64,000 nt of DNA from an uncultured Clostridia bacterium. Its GTDB lineage: Bacteria > Bacillota > Clostridia > TANB77 > CAG-508. Below the pieces are notes generated by a model. It was not told the origin of the DNA and made no database searches. It was given only the letters and a program-made list of their open reading frames with translations. A program made the position numbers and the translations under genes. The stretch's first letter is position 1. Each line of letters starts with the position of its first letter. Below are positions 1-8,646 of this stretch, in pieces. The stretch covers positions 21,587-85,586 of the forward strand of contig CALXXZ010000006.1 in assembly GCA_944392805.1 (NCBI GenBank), written 5' to 3'.

Positions 1-939
1 AATTTCTGTTCCTTGATATGTAATTTTAGTTGTTCCACATACTTTTATTGCACATCTTTGGAAAATTTCCTCTGTTATGTCCATCATATCATGATAGTTT
101 TGATATGCAGCATAAAATTCTATTGATGTAAATTCTGGATTGTGTCTAATATCCATTCCTTCATTTCTAAATATTCTACCTATTTCATATACTTTATCAT
201 ATCCACCTACTATTAATCTTTTTAAGTTTAATTCAGTTGCTATTCTTAAATACATGTCAATATCTAGTGTGTTATGATGTGTTATAAATGGTCTTGCTGT
301 TGCTCCTCCTGATATTGTGTTTAGTATCGGTGTTTCTACTTCTAAATATCCTTTTTCATTTAATATATTTCTTATTTCATTTATTATTTGACTTCTTTTT
401 ATAAATGTTTCTTTTACTTCTGGATTCATGATTAGGTCGACATATCTTTGTCTATATCTTAAGTCTACATCTTTTAATCCATGGAATTTTTCTGGTAATG
501 GTCTTAATGATTTTGAAAGTAATGTTACTTCTTTTGCATGTACAGAGATTTCTTCTGTTCTTGTTTTAAATACAAATCCTGTTATTCCAATTATGTCTCC
601 AATATCCCATGTTTTAAATGCTTTATATGCTTCTTCTCCTAAGTCATTTATACTTACATAACTTTGGATTTTTTCATCACTATCTAATATTGTACAAAAT
701 GATGCTTTTCCCATTATTCTTTTAGCTATTATTCTTCCTGCTACTGTTACATCTTTTTGTTCAAATTTTTCATAGTTTGCTTTTATTTCTCCTGCTGAAT
801 TTGTTCTATTAAATTTTGTTATTTCATATGGATCTTTTCCTTGTTCTTGTAATTCTTTTAATTTTTCTTTTCTTATTTGTATTAAATGATTTTCATCTAA
901 TTCTACTTCTTGATTTTGATTATTATTATTTTCTTGCAT
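1..939 (-). CDS. lysS: Lysyl-tRNA synthetase, N-terminal ~313 codons; the gene continues past the window start
   Basis: Reverse-strand translation from ATG at 939..937 reads MQENNNN...[24 protein letters not shown]...[15 protein letters not shown]...RIFRNEGMD..., typical class II LysRS OB-fold and catalytic core. AGGAGAG ribosome-binding site sits 10 nt upstream. The ORF is open to position 1. Confidence 0.85.
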   Translation of the reverse strand, partial: MQENNNNQNQEVELDENHLIQIRKEKLKELQEQGKDPYEITKFNRTNSAGEIKANYEKFEQKDVTVAGRIIAKRIMGKASFCTILDSDEKIQSYVSINDLGEEAYKAFKTWDIGDIIGITGFVFKTRTEEISVHAKEVTLLSKSLRPLPEKFHGLKDVDLRYRQRYVDLIMNPEVKETFIKRSQIINEIRNILNEKGYLEVETPILNTISGGATARPFITHHNTLDIDMYLRIATELNLKRLIVGGYDKVYEIGRIFRNEGMDIRHNPEFTSIEFYAAYQNYHDMMDITEEIFQRCAIKVCGTTKITYQGTEI

Positions 940-961
940 TTTTCATCTCTCCTTTTCTTTA

Positions 962-1037
962 TGGAGCTTCTAACGGGAATTGAACCCGTGACCTCCACCT
1001 TACCAAGGTGGCACTCTACCTACTGAGCTATAGAAGC
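962..1037 (-). tRNA. tRNA-Thr (anticodon GGT)
   Basis: Reverse complement reads gcttctatagctcagtaggtagagtgccaccttggtaaggtggaggtcacgggttcaattcccgttagaagctcca. It folds as a cloverleaf with anticodon loop ttGGTaa, a T-arm GTTCAATT and a 3' CCA. It lies 22 nt upstream of the lysS start on the same strand. Confidence 0.8.
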
Positions 1038-1105
1038 ATTAACTGACAGTATTATATTATATTTCTACTGGAAAATCAAGACAAAAGCAGAAGTTTTCTC
1101 CTGCT

Positions 1106-1501
1106 TTAAAATATATTTTGTAAATTAAATGAATTTTTGTCTTCTATATGTTCAAGTATGAATTTGCCCTCTTCTAATTCAGCAGAAGCAGAGGAAAAAT
1201 CTTCTGTTTCAAAATAGCTTTTCATATTTACTATAGCAGTATCTACTTTTTCTAGTTCATCATGTTCAATATAATATGCTAATTTATCATGCATATCTTT
1301 CCAGTTTTTATTTAATTCATCTATTTTTTCTTTTGTTTTTTCTTTATTTTCTAATGTCATCTCTTCTTTTATTGATGATAATTCTTTAGTTATTGTTTCA
1401 ACACTCTGTTTTGTATAATTTTGTGTAAATAAATCTAAACAAACTATTGAAATAATAATTATTATACAAATTACTGTTTCTTTAAACATTTTTACCACCA
1501 T
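1106..1501 (-). CDS. Small N-terminally membrane-anchored protein (DUF4363-like), partner of the DUF421 gene
   Basis: 131-aa ORF with an N-terminal hydrophobic segment followed by a charged coiled region. It overlaps the upstream DUF421 gene by 20 nt, the usual YetF/DUF4363 pair arrangement in Firmicutes. A weak hairpin terminator lies 3' at ~1083-1105. Confidence 0.45.
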   Translation of the reverse strand: MVVKMFKETVICIIIIISIVCLDLFTQNYTKQSVETITKELSSIKEEMTLENKEKTKEKIDELNKNWKDMHDKLAYYIEHDELEKVDTAIVNMKSYFETEDFSSASAELEEGKFILEHIEDKNSFNLQNIF

Positions 1502-2171
1502 CCTTTTCTAGTGGTTGGCAAAAAAACTTACCTTCTCCATCTATTGTAATTATTAATGCTTCTTCTGGCTTGATTCCAAATTTTTCAGTCTGTTTTTTTA
1601 ACCATGCATAGTTCTTACCAATTTTTTGTAAATTTTCATACATTACTTTTCCATCAACAACTAAATCATATGGAATTCCTTCATATTTAGGCTCAATATT
1701 AAAATCTTCAGGTGTCGTAGCTCTTTTATTTGGTTTTGGAATTACTGTTACTTGTCCACTTGTCTCTAATATTGCATATTCTACATCTCCTATATTAAAT
1801 ATACTATTGTCTCTTAGTCTTTCTTCTAATTCGTTTATTGTAAATCTTTCTTTTTTTAATACTTTTTGATCAACTTTTCCTCTATATATTAATATTGATG
1901 GTTTTCCACATATTATTTCTCTTGCTCTTGAACTTTTCATATTTATCATTGATATTACTAAATGCATCACCAATAATCCTAATATTGGCATTATTCCATT
2001 TGTTAGCGGTACTCCCGTTTCTGCCATTGGTACTGCTGCTAAGTCTGCTATCATTATAGATATTGCAAGTTCAAATGGTTGTAATTGTCCAATTTCTCTT
2101 TTTCCCATTAATCTCATTACTATTAATACTAATATGTACAAAACTATCGCTCTAAAAAATGTAATTAACAT
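1482..2171 (-). CDS. DUF421 (YetF/YrbG-like) membrane protein
   Basis: 229 aa with N-terminal transmembrane helices (MLITFFRAIVLYILVLIVMRLMGKREIGQLQPFELAISIMIADLAA...) and a C-terminal soluble domain. The architecture matches the DUF421 family. Confidence 0.55.
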   Translation of the reverse strand: MLITFFRAIVLYILVLIVMRLMGKREIGQLQPFELAISIMIADLAAVPMAETGVPLTNGIMPILGLLVMHLVISMINMKSSRAREIICGKPSILIYRGKVDQKVLKKERFTINELEERLRDNSIFNIGDVEYAILETSGQVTVIPKPNKRATTPEDFNIEPKYEGIPYDLVVDGKVMYENLQKIGKNYAWLKKQTEKFGIKPEEALIITIDGEGKFFCQPLEKDGGKNV

Positions 2172-2336
2172 TTAAGTTCTCCTTTTTTCAAATATTTTTA
2201 CATTTATTTTCTACATTTTTTAGTTATTTATACGATTTTTGTATAATTAATTTTTTGTTGTAAATAATATTGATATAACCTTGAAAAAAAATGACGTTTA
2301 ATACGTTTAATAAAAACTGATAAGGAGGTTTTTGAT

Positions 2337-2708
2337 ATGTCAAATACTCAAAGTAATAGTGCTAATGGCACTTCTACAGTTTGGCAAGTTGTTGGTAGAT
2401 TAGTTGCAGCCGCTATCGTTTTAGCAATTACAGCATTTTTTACACCTGGTTTTTCTATTAATAATATTTGGGCTTTAGCTATCGCCGCAATTGTTTTAAC
2501 TATAATGGATTACTTAATTATTAAATTTACAGGTTTACACGCAAGTCCATTTGGAAAAGGTTTTGTTGGATTCGCTCTAGCTGCTATTATTTTATATGCT
2601 ACTCAATTCTTTGTAGCTGGTTATTCAATTTCTTGGATGGCTGCAATAATTGGTGCTTTAATATATGGTGTAGTAGATTATTTTATACCTGGAAATCAAC
2701 AAATGTAA
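2337..2708 (+). CDS. Holin-like four-transmembrane small membrane protein (phage holin family 4 / DUF360-like)
   Basis: 123 aa, four predicted transmembrane helices, Gly/Ala-rich. GGAGG ribosome-binding site 7 nt upstream of ATG. An extended -10 (TGTATAAT) lies at ~2239. There is no prophage context. Confidence 0.45.
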   Translation: MSNTQSNSANGTSTVWQVVGRLVAAAIVLAITAFFTPGFSINNIWALAIAAIVLTIMDYLIIKFTGLHASPFGKGFVGFALAAIILYATQFFVAGYSISWMAAIIGALIYGVVDYFIPGNQQM

Positions 2709-2945
2709 AAAAGGGGACGGTCCTGTTTGGTTCGGGACGGTCCTCTTTTATCCATATCTATATTTTTTATTACAACCGAAAAGTTGATATATTACTATTC
2801 CATAGCCAAAACATATTCTGGGTCTTCGTCGGGGGTCTTGGCTTTATTTCATAGTAATATATCAACTTTTCGGTTTTGTTAAAATAAAAAAGTGCACAAA
2901 AGAGGACCGTCCCGAACCAAACAGGACCGTCCCCAAATTATCAAA
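2709..2945. repeat. MITE-like structured repeat element, copy A: 37-bp terminal inverted repeats around a ~150-bp core with nested palindromes
   Basis: Left arm ggggacggtcctgtttggttcgggacggtcctctttt (2713-2749) and its exact reverse complement at 2900-2936. The core carries a 25-bp perfect inverted repeat (aaccgaaaagttgatatattactat / atagtaatatatcaacttttcggtt) around a 48-nt centre. It is homologous to the element at 14040-14245 in opposite orientation. Confidence 0.6.
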
Positions 2946-3611
2946 TTAAATTTTATCTACTATTTCATTTTTATTTTTATAAACACTATTTTCAGGAACT
3001 ACTCCTCTAACAGAAGATAGTGGATATATATTAGTATTTTTACCAACAACAGTTCCTGGATTCAAAACACTACCACATCCAACTTCAACTCCATCACCTA
3101 TCATTGCTCCAAATTTTTTCAATCCTGTTTCTATTGATTCTGTCTCATTTTTTACAATAACTAATTTTTTATCTGATTTCACATTTGATGTTATTGAACC
3201 TGCTCCCATATGTGATTTATATCCTAATATTGAATCACCTACATAATTATAATGTGGTACTTGTACTTTATTAAATAATATAACATTTTTTAATTCTGTT
3301 GAATTTCCTACAACAGCGCCATTTCCTACAATTACCTTTCCTCTAATAAATGCACAATGTCTTATTTCTGCATTTTCTCCTATAATTGCAGGGCCTTTAA
3401 TATATGCTGTTGGTGTTATTTCCGCTGTTTTTGCAATCCATATATTTTCTTCTTTTTGCTCATAAATTTCTTTATTTAAAGTAGGTCCTATTTTTAAAAT
3501 AAATTCATTTATTTCTGGTAATGCCTCCCATGGATATATATAATTTTCTAATAATTCTTTTGCAATTGTTTCTTCTAGATTATAAAGATTTTTTATTTTA
3601 CATTCTTCCAT
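2946..3611 (-). CDS. Hexapeptide-repeat (left-handed beta-helix) transferase, GlmU C-terminal-domain-like
   Basis: 221 aa with repeated [LIV]G-x-x-x-x hexads (IIGENAEIRHCAFIRGKVIVGNGAVVGNSTELKNVIL...GAMIGDGVEVGCGSVLNPGTVVGKNTNI). It sits directly downstream of a UDPGP-family gene. Confidence 0.6.
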   Translation of the reverse strand: MEECKIKNLYNLEETIAKELLENYIYPWEALPEINEFILKIGPTLNKEIYEQKEENIWIAKTAEITPTAYIKGPAIIGENAEIRHCAFIRGKVIVGNGAVVGNSTELKNVILFNKVQVPHYNYVGDSILGYKSHMGAGSITSNVKSDKKLVIVKNETESIETGLKKFGAMIGDGVEVGCGSVLNPGTVVGKNTNIYPLSSVRGVVPENSVYKNKNEIVDKI

Positions 3612-3625
3612 ATAAAATTTCCTTT

Positions 3626-4873
3626 CTATTGTTGTCTATTCCAAAACTTTTCATATAATTCTTTTGCTGTTTTTGGACTATCAACACCTTCTTTATTTTT
3701 TACTGGTGCAAAATCATCTTCTCTTTTTCCTCTTAATATTGCAATATCATCAAAAAATTCAAATGCATCAAATATAAATGATTCAAATTTATAAGAATTT
3801 GGTTCTTCTGGTATTACTTCTTTTCCATTTTCATCTATATATGAATTTTTCTTGAATGCACAATGATACATCAATGGTTCTTGACTAACTTTTTCTATTG
3901 CATCTATTGTATATAGATTACACATTATATGTGATTCTCCATATTTTAATTGTCCTTTTCTATCAACTTGTTCTGCCATTTTTTCTGGTAATTCTGCATA
4001 TTCTATTACTTTTGGATGTCCATTCATTTTACAGAATACCCCTACTTTTTCATGAGGATTTGCTTTTACAACTGACTTTGATGCTATTTGCACTTTTTTC
4101 TCTTTTGCCATTCCAAGTAATGTTACATCAGCCATTTTTAATAATGCATTATCTACTCCTCCAATAAATACCCATTGTATTCCTCTTTCTTTCATATCAG
4201 CAAGTGCTCCTGATGCTCTTAATGATGAATATGTTCCACCATTTCCATCTGATGCTTCTTTTATTTTAAAATCTTTTCCTATAAGTAGTTTGCCTTCTGT
4301 ATCTATTAATGGTAATTCACTTTGCATAAATATTGTTACATAATCTTTATCATATCCAAAATAATTGTTCTTTTCTAAGAATTTCACTGTTTCTTCATTG
4401 TTTTCTCTACTTGTCATTATATACCATGGTATTGTTGTTTCGTATTTTTGATTTGCTGATTTTAGGTTTTCTGTTAATATTTCAAATAAATATTTTCCTT
4501 TTCCATATACATCTAGTTTAAATGTTCCTTTTGGTCCAGGATGACCTAATCTTGTTCCTTGACCTCCAGCCATTGTTACTACTGCATATTTTCCATTTCT
4601 TATTATTTTTTCTCCTAATTCGTCAAATCTCTTTCTTTGTTTTTCTGTTAAAGTCTCTTTGTCCAAATATTTTATTGGTTCTATTTTACTTTCTTTAAAT
4701 TCTATTTCTTTTTTCGTATTTTCATATAATTCTGCAATCTGATGTAAGTCAATACTTTCTATTTGTTTGATTAATTCCTCTCTTTTATTGTCGTCTAGTT
4801 TTTTTAGCAATTTTATAATATGTTCTTGATTGTATAATTTTAAAATGTCTATTGTATCTTGCATTTTATCCAT
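3626..4873 (-). CDS. UDPGP-family UDP-sugar pyrophosphorylase (UDP-N-acetylglucosamine pyrophosphorylase-like, eukaryotic UAP1 type)
   Basis: 415 aa. It contains the nucleotide-binding signature VVTMAGGQGTRLG and the overall UDPGP fold pattern, and is paired with the hexapeptide transferase. Confidence 0.7.
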   Translation of the reverse strand: MDKMQDTIDILKLYNQEHIIKLLKKLDDNKREELIKQIESIDLHQIAELYENTKKEIEFKESKIEPIKYLDKETLTEKQRKRFDELGEKIIRNGKYAVVTMAGGQGTRLGHPGPKGTFKLDVYGKGKYLFEILTENLKSANQKYETTIPWYIMTSRENNEETVKFLEKNNYFGYDKDYVTIFMQSELPLIDTEGKLLIGKDFKIKEASDGNGGTYSSLRASGALADMKERGIQWVFIGGVDNALLKMADVTLLGMAKEKKVQIASKSVVKANPHEKVGVFCKMNGHPKVIEYAELPEKMAEQVDRKGQLKYGESHIMCNLYTIDAIEKVSQEPLMYHCAFKKNSYIDENGKEVIPEEPNSYKFESFIFDAFEFFDDIAILRGKREDDFAPVKNKEGVDSPKTAKELYEKFWNRQQ

Positions 4874-5050
4874 TTTATCCTTCTCCTTTTGCTCAGTTTC
4901 ACTATATTATATGTTCTTTCGAATTACAATTCTATCATATTTATTTTTATTTTTCAAGTTTTTTTAAAATCGTGGTTATATTCTTAATATTTAAACAATA
5001 TATATTAATAAAAGTTTGTCTTAACTAGAAAATTCAAGGAGGTAGTATAG

Positions 5051-6529
5051 ATGGAAAATGTAGGCTTATATCAAGATATAGCCAAACGAACTGATGGTGA
5101 TATTTATATTGGAGTTGTCGGCCCTGTAAGAACTGGTAAATCTACTTTTATAAAGAAGTTCATGGATTTACTTGTTATTCCTAATATAGATAATGAGTAC
5201 AAAAAAGAAAGGGCTAAAGATGAACTTCCACAAAGTGCTGGAGGACGTACAATTATGACAACAGAACCTAAGTTTGTTCCTAATGAGGCTGTTGAAATTA
5301 CAATAGATAAAAATTTAAAATTAAAGACACGTTTAGTTGATTGTGTTGGATATTTAGTCGATAATGCAATTGGGTATTTGGAAGATGATATGCCTAGGAT
5401 GGTTAAAACTCCATGGTCAGAAGAAGAAATTCCTTTTGAAACAGCTGCAGAAATCGGAACTAAAAAGGTAATTGAAGAACATTCTACTATTGGAATTTTA
5501 ATTACAACTGATGGTACTGTTACTGATATCCCACGTGATGACTATATTAAAGCAGAAGAAAGAGTTGTTAGCGAACTTAGAGCATTAAATAAACCATTTA
5601 TTATATTACTAAATTCAGCTAATCCATCTTCTCCTGAAACAAGAGATTTAGCAACACAATTGTCAGAAAAATATAATACAAATGTTATGCCTATTAATTG
5701 TGAAGAACTTTCAGCAGAAGATATTAATACAATGTTTTCTAATTTGCTTTATGAGTTCCCTGTTGAAGAAATTAAAATTAGTTTTCCTAAATGGATTGAT
5801 GGATTAGATTTTACTCATCCATTAAAAGCTAAATTATTTGACCAAATTAAAAATGCTTTTACTAATATTTCTGCTTTAAAAGATGTTTCAAATTGTGTAT
5901 CTTCAATTGATAGTACTGATATTATCTCTAAAACTTTTGTAAATAATATCATGCTTGGTAATGGAAAAGTTTGTATTTCTGTTAATTTGAAAGATGAACT
6001 ATTTTATGAAGTTTTAACACAAATGACTGGAATGAATATTACAAATGAAGGAGAATTGTTCTCTATTATGAGTGATTTAGCAAGTACTAAGAAAAAATAT
6101 GATAAAATTGCGTATGCACTTGAAGAAGTTAAAACTAAAGGCTATGGTATTGTTACTCCTTCTATTGACGAACTTGTTTTAGAAGAACCTGAAATGGTTA
6201 AACAGGGCTCTCGCTTTGGCGTTAAACTTCGTGCAACTGCCCCTTCTATCCACTTGATTCGTGCTAATATCGAAACTGAGGTTTCTCCTATCGTTGGCTC
6301 TGAAAAACAATCAGAAGAACTTGTTAATTATCTTCTTTCTGGTTTTGAAAATGACCCTACAAGTATTTGGAGTTCTAATATCTTTGGAAAGAGTTTGAAT
6401 GAATTGGTTAATGAAGGTTTACAAACTAAACTTGCTAAAATGCCTGAAGAAGCTCAAATGAAACTTCAAGAAACTCTTGAACGTATTGTTAATGAAGGTA
6501 GTGGCGGATTGATTTGTATTATTTTATAA
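5051..6529 (+). CDS. spoIVA: Stage IV sporulation protein A (spore coat morphogenetic ATPase)
   Basis: 492 aa. N-terminus MENVGLYQDIAKRTDGDIYIGVVGPVRTGKSTFIKKFM is nearly identical to the SpoIVA Walker-A region. A hairpin terminator follows at 6536-6562. Confidence 0.9.
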   Translation: MENVGLYQDIAKRTDGDIYIGVVGPVRTGKSTFIKKFMDLLVIPNIDNEYKKERAKDELPQSAGGRTIMTTEPKFVPNEAVEITIDKNLKLKTRLVDCVGYLVDNAIGYLEDDMPRMVKTPWSEEEIPFETAAEIGTKKVIEEHSTIGILITTDGTVTDIPRDDYIKAEERVVSELRALNKPFIILLNSANPSSPETRDLATQLSEKYNTNVMPINCEELSAEDINTMFSNLLYEFPVEEIKISFPKWIDGLDFTHPLKAKLFDQIKNAFTNISALKDVSNCVSSIDSTDIISKTFVNNIMLGNGKVCISVNLKDELFYEVLTQMTGMNITNEGELFSIMSDLASTKKKYDKIAYALEEVKTKGYGIVTPSIDELVLEEPEMVKQGSRFGVKLRATAPSIHLIRANIETEVSPIVGSEKQSEELVNYLLSGFENDPTSIWSSNIFGKSLNELVNEGLQTKLAKMPEEAQMKLQETLERIVNEGSGGLICIIL

Positions 6530-6535
6530 TTAGTA

Positions 6536-6562
6536 AAGAGGAGCTATTAAAACTCCTCTTTA
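6536..6562 (+). terminator. Rho-independent terminator after spoIVA
   Basis: aaagaggagctattaaaactcctcttt hairpin followed by a T-run. Confidence 0.6.
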
Positions 6563-6664
6563 TTTTTCTTTTATTTCATATTCTCATTTCCTAAACTTAA
6601 TATTTCTGTTGTAAAATCTAATTAATTGTAGTATAATAGAAAAAAATTTAAACATGGAGGATAT

Positions 6665-7345
6665 ATGAAAATACTTAGTATAGATACAGCAAGTAATATA
6701 TGTACAGTTGCATTATTAGAAAATAAAACTTGTATAAAAGAATTAATTGTAAATGACGCAAGAAATCATTCAGAAAAAATTATGCCCTTAATTGAACAAC
6801 TTTTTAACGAAACTCAAACATCTTTAAAAGACATCGATTTAATTGTATGTGATAAAGGTCCTGGTTCATTTACTGGTATACGCATTGGGACAGGTACAGT
6901 TCTAGCCTTCAGAGACAGTCTAAACATAGAATGTATTGGTATTAGCTCACTTGAAGCTTTATCATATAATACTAATTCAGAAGGGCTAATCTGTTCTCTA
7001 ATTGATGCTAAAAACAATAATGTTTATTATGGATTGTTTGAATTAAAAAATGGAGTTTATTCTAAGATTGGCGACTTTAGTTTTAAAAATATTAATGATA
7101 TTGTTCCTTTATTAAATAAATATTCTGAGCCAATTACATTCGTTGGAGATGGTGCTGTTGCATATAAAGAATTCATAACAAACAATTTTAATAATTGTAC
7201 ATTTTGTAAAAAAAATGACTTAAGTAGTTATTCACTTGGATGCGCAGGATATTATAATTACAATAAAGGTGTAAAAAATGATATTATGCCACTATACCTA
7301 AGAAAATCACAAGCGGAGAGAGCCTTAGAAGAGAAAGGTGGATAA
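6665..7345 (+). CDS. tsaB: tRNA threonylcarbamoyladenosine biosynthesis protein TsaB (YeaZ)
   Basis: 226 aa. MKILSIDTASNICTVALLEN...DKGPGSFTGIRIGTGTV is the canonical inactive-Kae1 paralog signature. It overlaps rimI by 8 nt. Confidence 0.85.
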   Translation: MKILSIDTASNICTVALLENKTCIKELIVNDARNHSEKIMPLIEQLFNETQTSLKDIDLIVCDKGPGSFTGIRIGTGTVLAFRDSLNIECIGISSLEALSYNTNSEGLICSLIDAKNNNVYYGLFELKNGVYSKIGDFSFKNINDIVPLLNKYSEPITFVGDGAVAYKEFITNNFNNCTFCKKNDLSSYSLGCAGYYNYNKGVKNDIMPLYLRKSQAERALEEKGG

Positions 7346-7784
7346 AATTATGGAAATTACCGAAATGACTTTAACTGATTTAGAGCAAATGAAAAATACC
7401 TTATATTCCGATTTTGATAATTTTTGGAGTTATAATGTTTTAAAACAAGAACTTGAAAACGAAAACACTACATATATTATAGCAAAAGAAAATAATGAAG
7501 TTGTTGGTTTTGCAGGAATTTCTATTTGTCTTGATGAAGCCACTCTTAATAATATAGTTGTTAAAAAAACTTGTCGTGGTCGCGGAATTGGTGGAGAATT
7601 ATTAGAATCATTATTAGAAATATGTGTGAAATTAAATATGAAATCTCTTACTTTAGAGGTTAATGTTTCTAATACTCCTGCAATTAATTTATATGAAAAG
7701 TTTGGTTTTAAAAATTTAGGAATAAGAAAAAAATATTATAATAATTCACAGGATGCAATTATTATGACTAAATATGATATTTAG
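7338..7784 (+). CDS. rimI: Ribosomal-protein-alanine N-acetyltransferase (GNAT)
   Basis: 148 aa GNAT fold with acetyl-CoA motif NIVVKKTCRGRGIGGELLESL. Gene order is tsaB-rimI. Confidence 0.8.
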   Translation: MDKIMEITEMTLTDLEQMKNTLYSDFDNFWSYNVLKQELENENTTYIIAKENNEVVGFAGISICLDEATLNNIVVKKTCRGRGIGGELLESLLEICVKLNMKSLTLEVNVSNTPAINLYEKFGFKNLGIRKKYYNNSQDAIIMTKYDI

Positions 7785-7785
7785 C

Positions 7786-7850
7786 AAAAAGGGACGGTTC
7801 TGTTTGGAAGGGGACGGTCCTCTTCCAAACAGAACCGTCCCCTTTTTAAA
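7786..7850. repeat. Solo palindromic hairpin of the GGGACGGTYC repeat family; likely bidirectional terminator
   Basis: aaaaagggacggttctgtttggaaggggacggtcctcttccaaacagaaccgtcccctttttaaa has a 17-bp perfect stem. Its arms match the terminal inverted repeats of the 2709-2945 element. It lies between convergent rimI and the ylmH-like gene. Confidence 0.6.
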
Positions 7851-8646
7851 CAAATTTTTCTACTTTTATTATAGTTCTTCCACTTTTAGTTTGTCCTACT
7901 AATTCTTTTATATAAAATCTTCCTTTTCCTCTAATTGTAACAATATCTCCTGGTTTTATCTGTTTAGTTTTTTTAGTTTCATTTTGAAAATTTATAAAAA
8001 CTCTTTCCATATTTATAATCTCTAATGCTTTATTTCTTGAACATCTTGCCAATTCTGAAATAACATTATCTAACCTTAATGATGAAACAATTATATCAAT
8101 TTCTTCCTTTTTTATTTCTACCTTTCTTAAGTTTTCTATTTTTTCTACTGTAATTTTTGATTTAGAAAATCTAGTTAAACTATTCAAATTTTCTAATAAA
8201 AATTTTGTAATATCTTTATCAACTATAATATCTGCTCCATCTTTATCTACAATGATGTCACCAACTTTTTCTCTTTTCACTCCTAATTTTATTACTGCTC
8301 CTAAATAGTCTCTATGTGAATATTTACCTTTCAAATCCTCTGGTAATTCTATTCTAACTATATCTACTATACTACTCAAATTCTTTGATACAACTTCTGT
8401 GTTGAATTTCTCTGGATATATCACATACATTTTTCTTTCTGCTTCTTCAAATCCGCCATAAGCCATATAGTTTGTAATTTTTATCTTATTTATAAATTTT
8501 TGTACCAATTCAATTTGTGACATATCTAAAAAATCAGTATGTTCTATTTTATTTTTGTTTTCTACTGCTTCTACTTTATCTAAAATCTGTGCTAACAAAA
8601 TTTTATCATCTTTGTCTCTATATTCATTTAAAATGTCTCTATTCAT
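7846..8646 (-). CDS. YlmH-like RNA-binding protein with C-terminal S4 domain
   Basis: 266 aa. The C-terminal ...RLDNVISELARCSRNKALEIINMERVFINFQ...IKPGDIVTIRGKGRFYIKEL is an S4-type RNA-binding module. Confidence 0.55.
   Translation of the reverse strand: MNRDILNEYRDKDDKILLAQILDKVEAVENKNKIEHTDFLDMSQIELVQKFINKIKITNYMAYGGFEEAERKMYVIYPEKFNTEVVSKNLSSIVDIVRIELPEDLKGKYSHRDYLGAVIKLGVKREKVGDIIVDKDGADIIVDKDITKFLLENLNSLTRFSKSKITVEKIENLRKVEIKKEEIDIIVSSLRLDNVISELARCSRNKALEIINMERVFINFQNETKKTKQIKPGDIVTIRGKGRFYIKELVGQTKSGRTIIKVEKFV

Noticed and set aside
2337-2708. Holin-like gene considered as a marker of a prophage
   Set aside because: No neighbouring endolysin, terminase, capsid or tail genes are present. 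The flanks are housekeeping genes and a repeat element. It is more likely a chromosomal DUF360/holin-family membrane protein.
2633-2854. 73-aa ORF overlapping the end of the holin-like gene and running into repeat element A
   Set aside because: It is encoded by the palindromic repeat itself and overlaps a supported gene. It has no ribosome-binding site and is probably a spurious ORF created by the repeat.
3898-4521. Multiple 60-130-aa ORFs on the strand opposite to long genes (for example 3898..4167, 4333..4521, 9659..9901, 11715..11909, 21664..21876, 22090..22497, 26259..26654, 31345..31662, 35588..35896)
   Set aside because: They are Leu/Phe/Ile-rich low-complexity translations, as expected from the antisense strand of AT-rich coding DNA. 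They have no ribosome-binding sites and are nested fully inside well-supported genes. They are treated as shadow ORFs.
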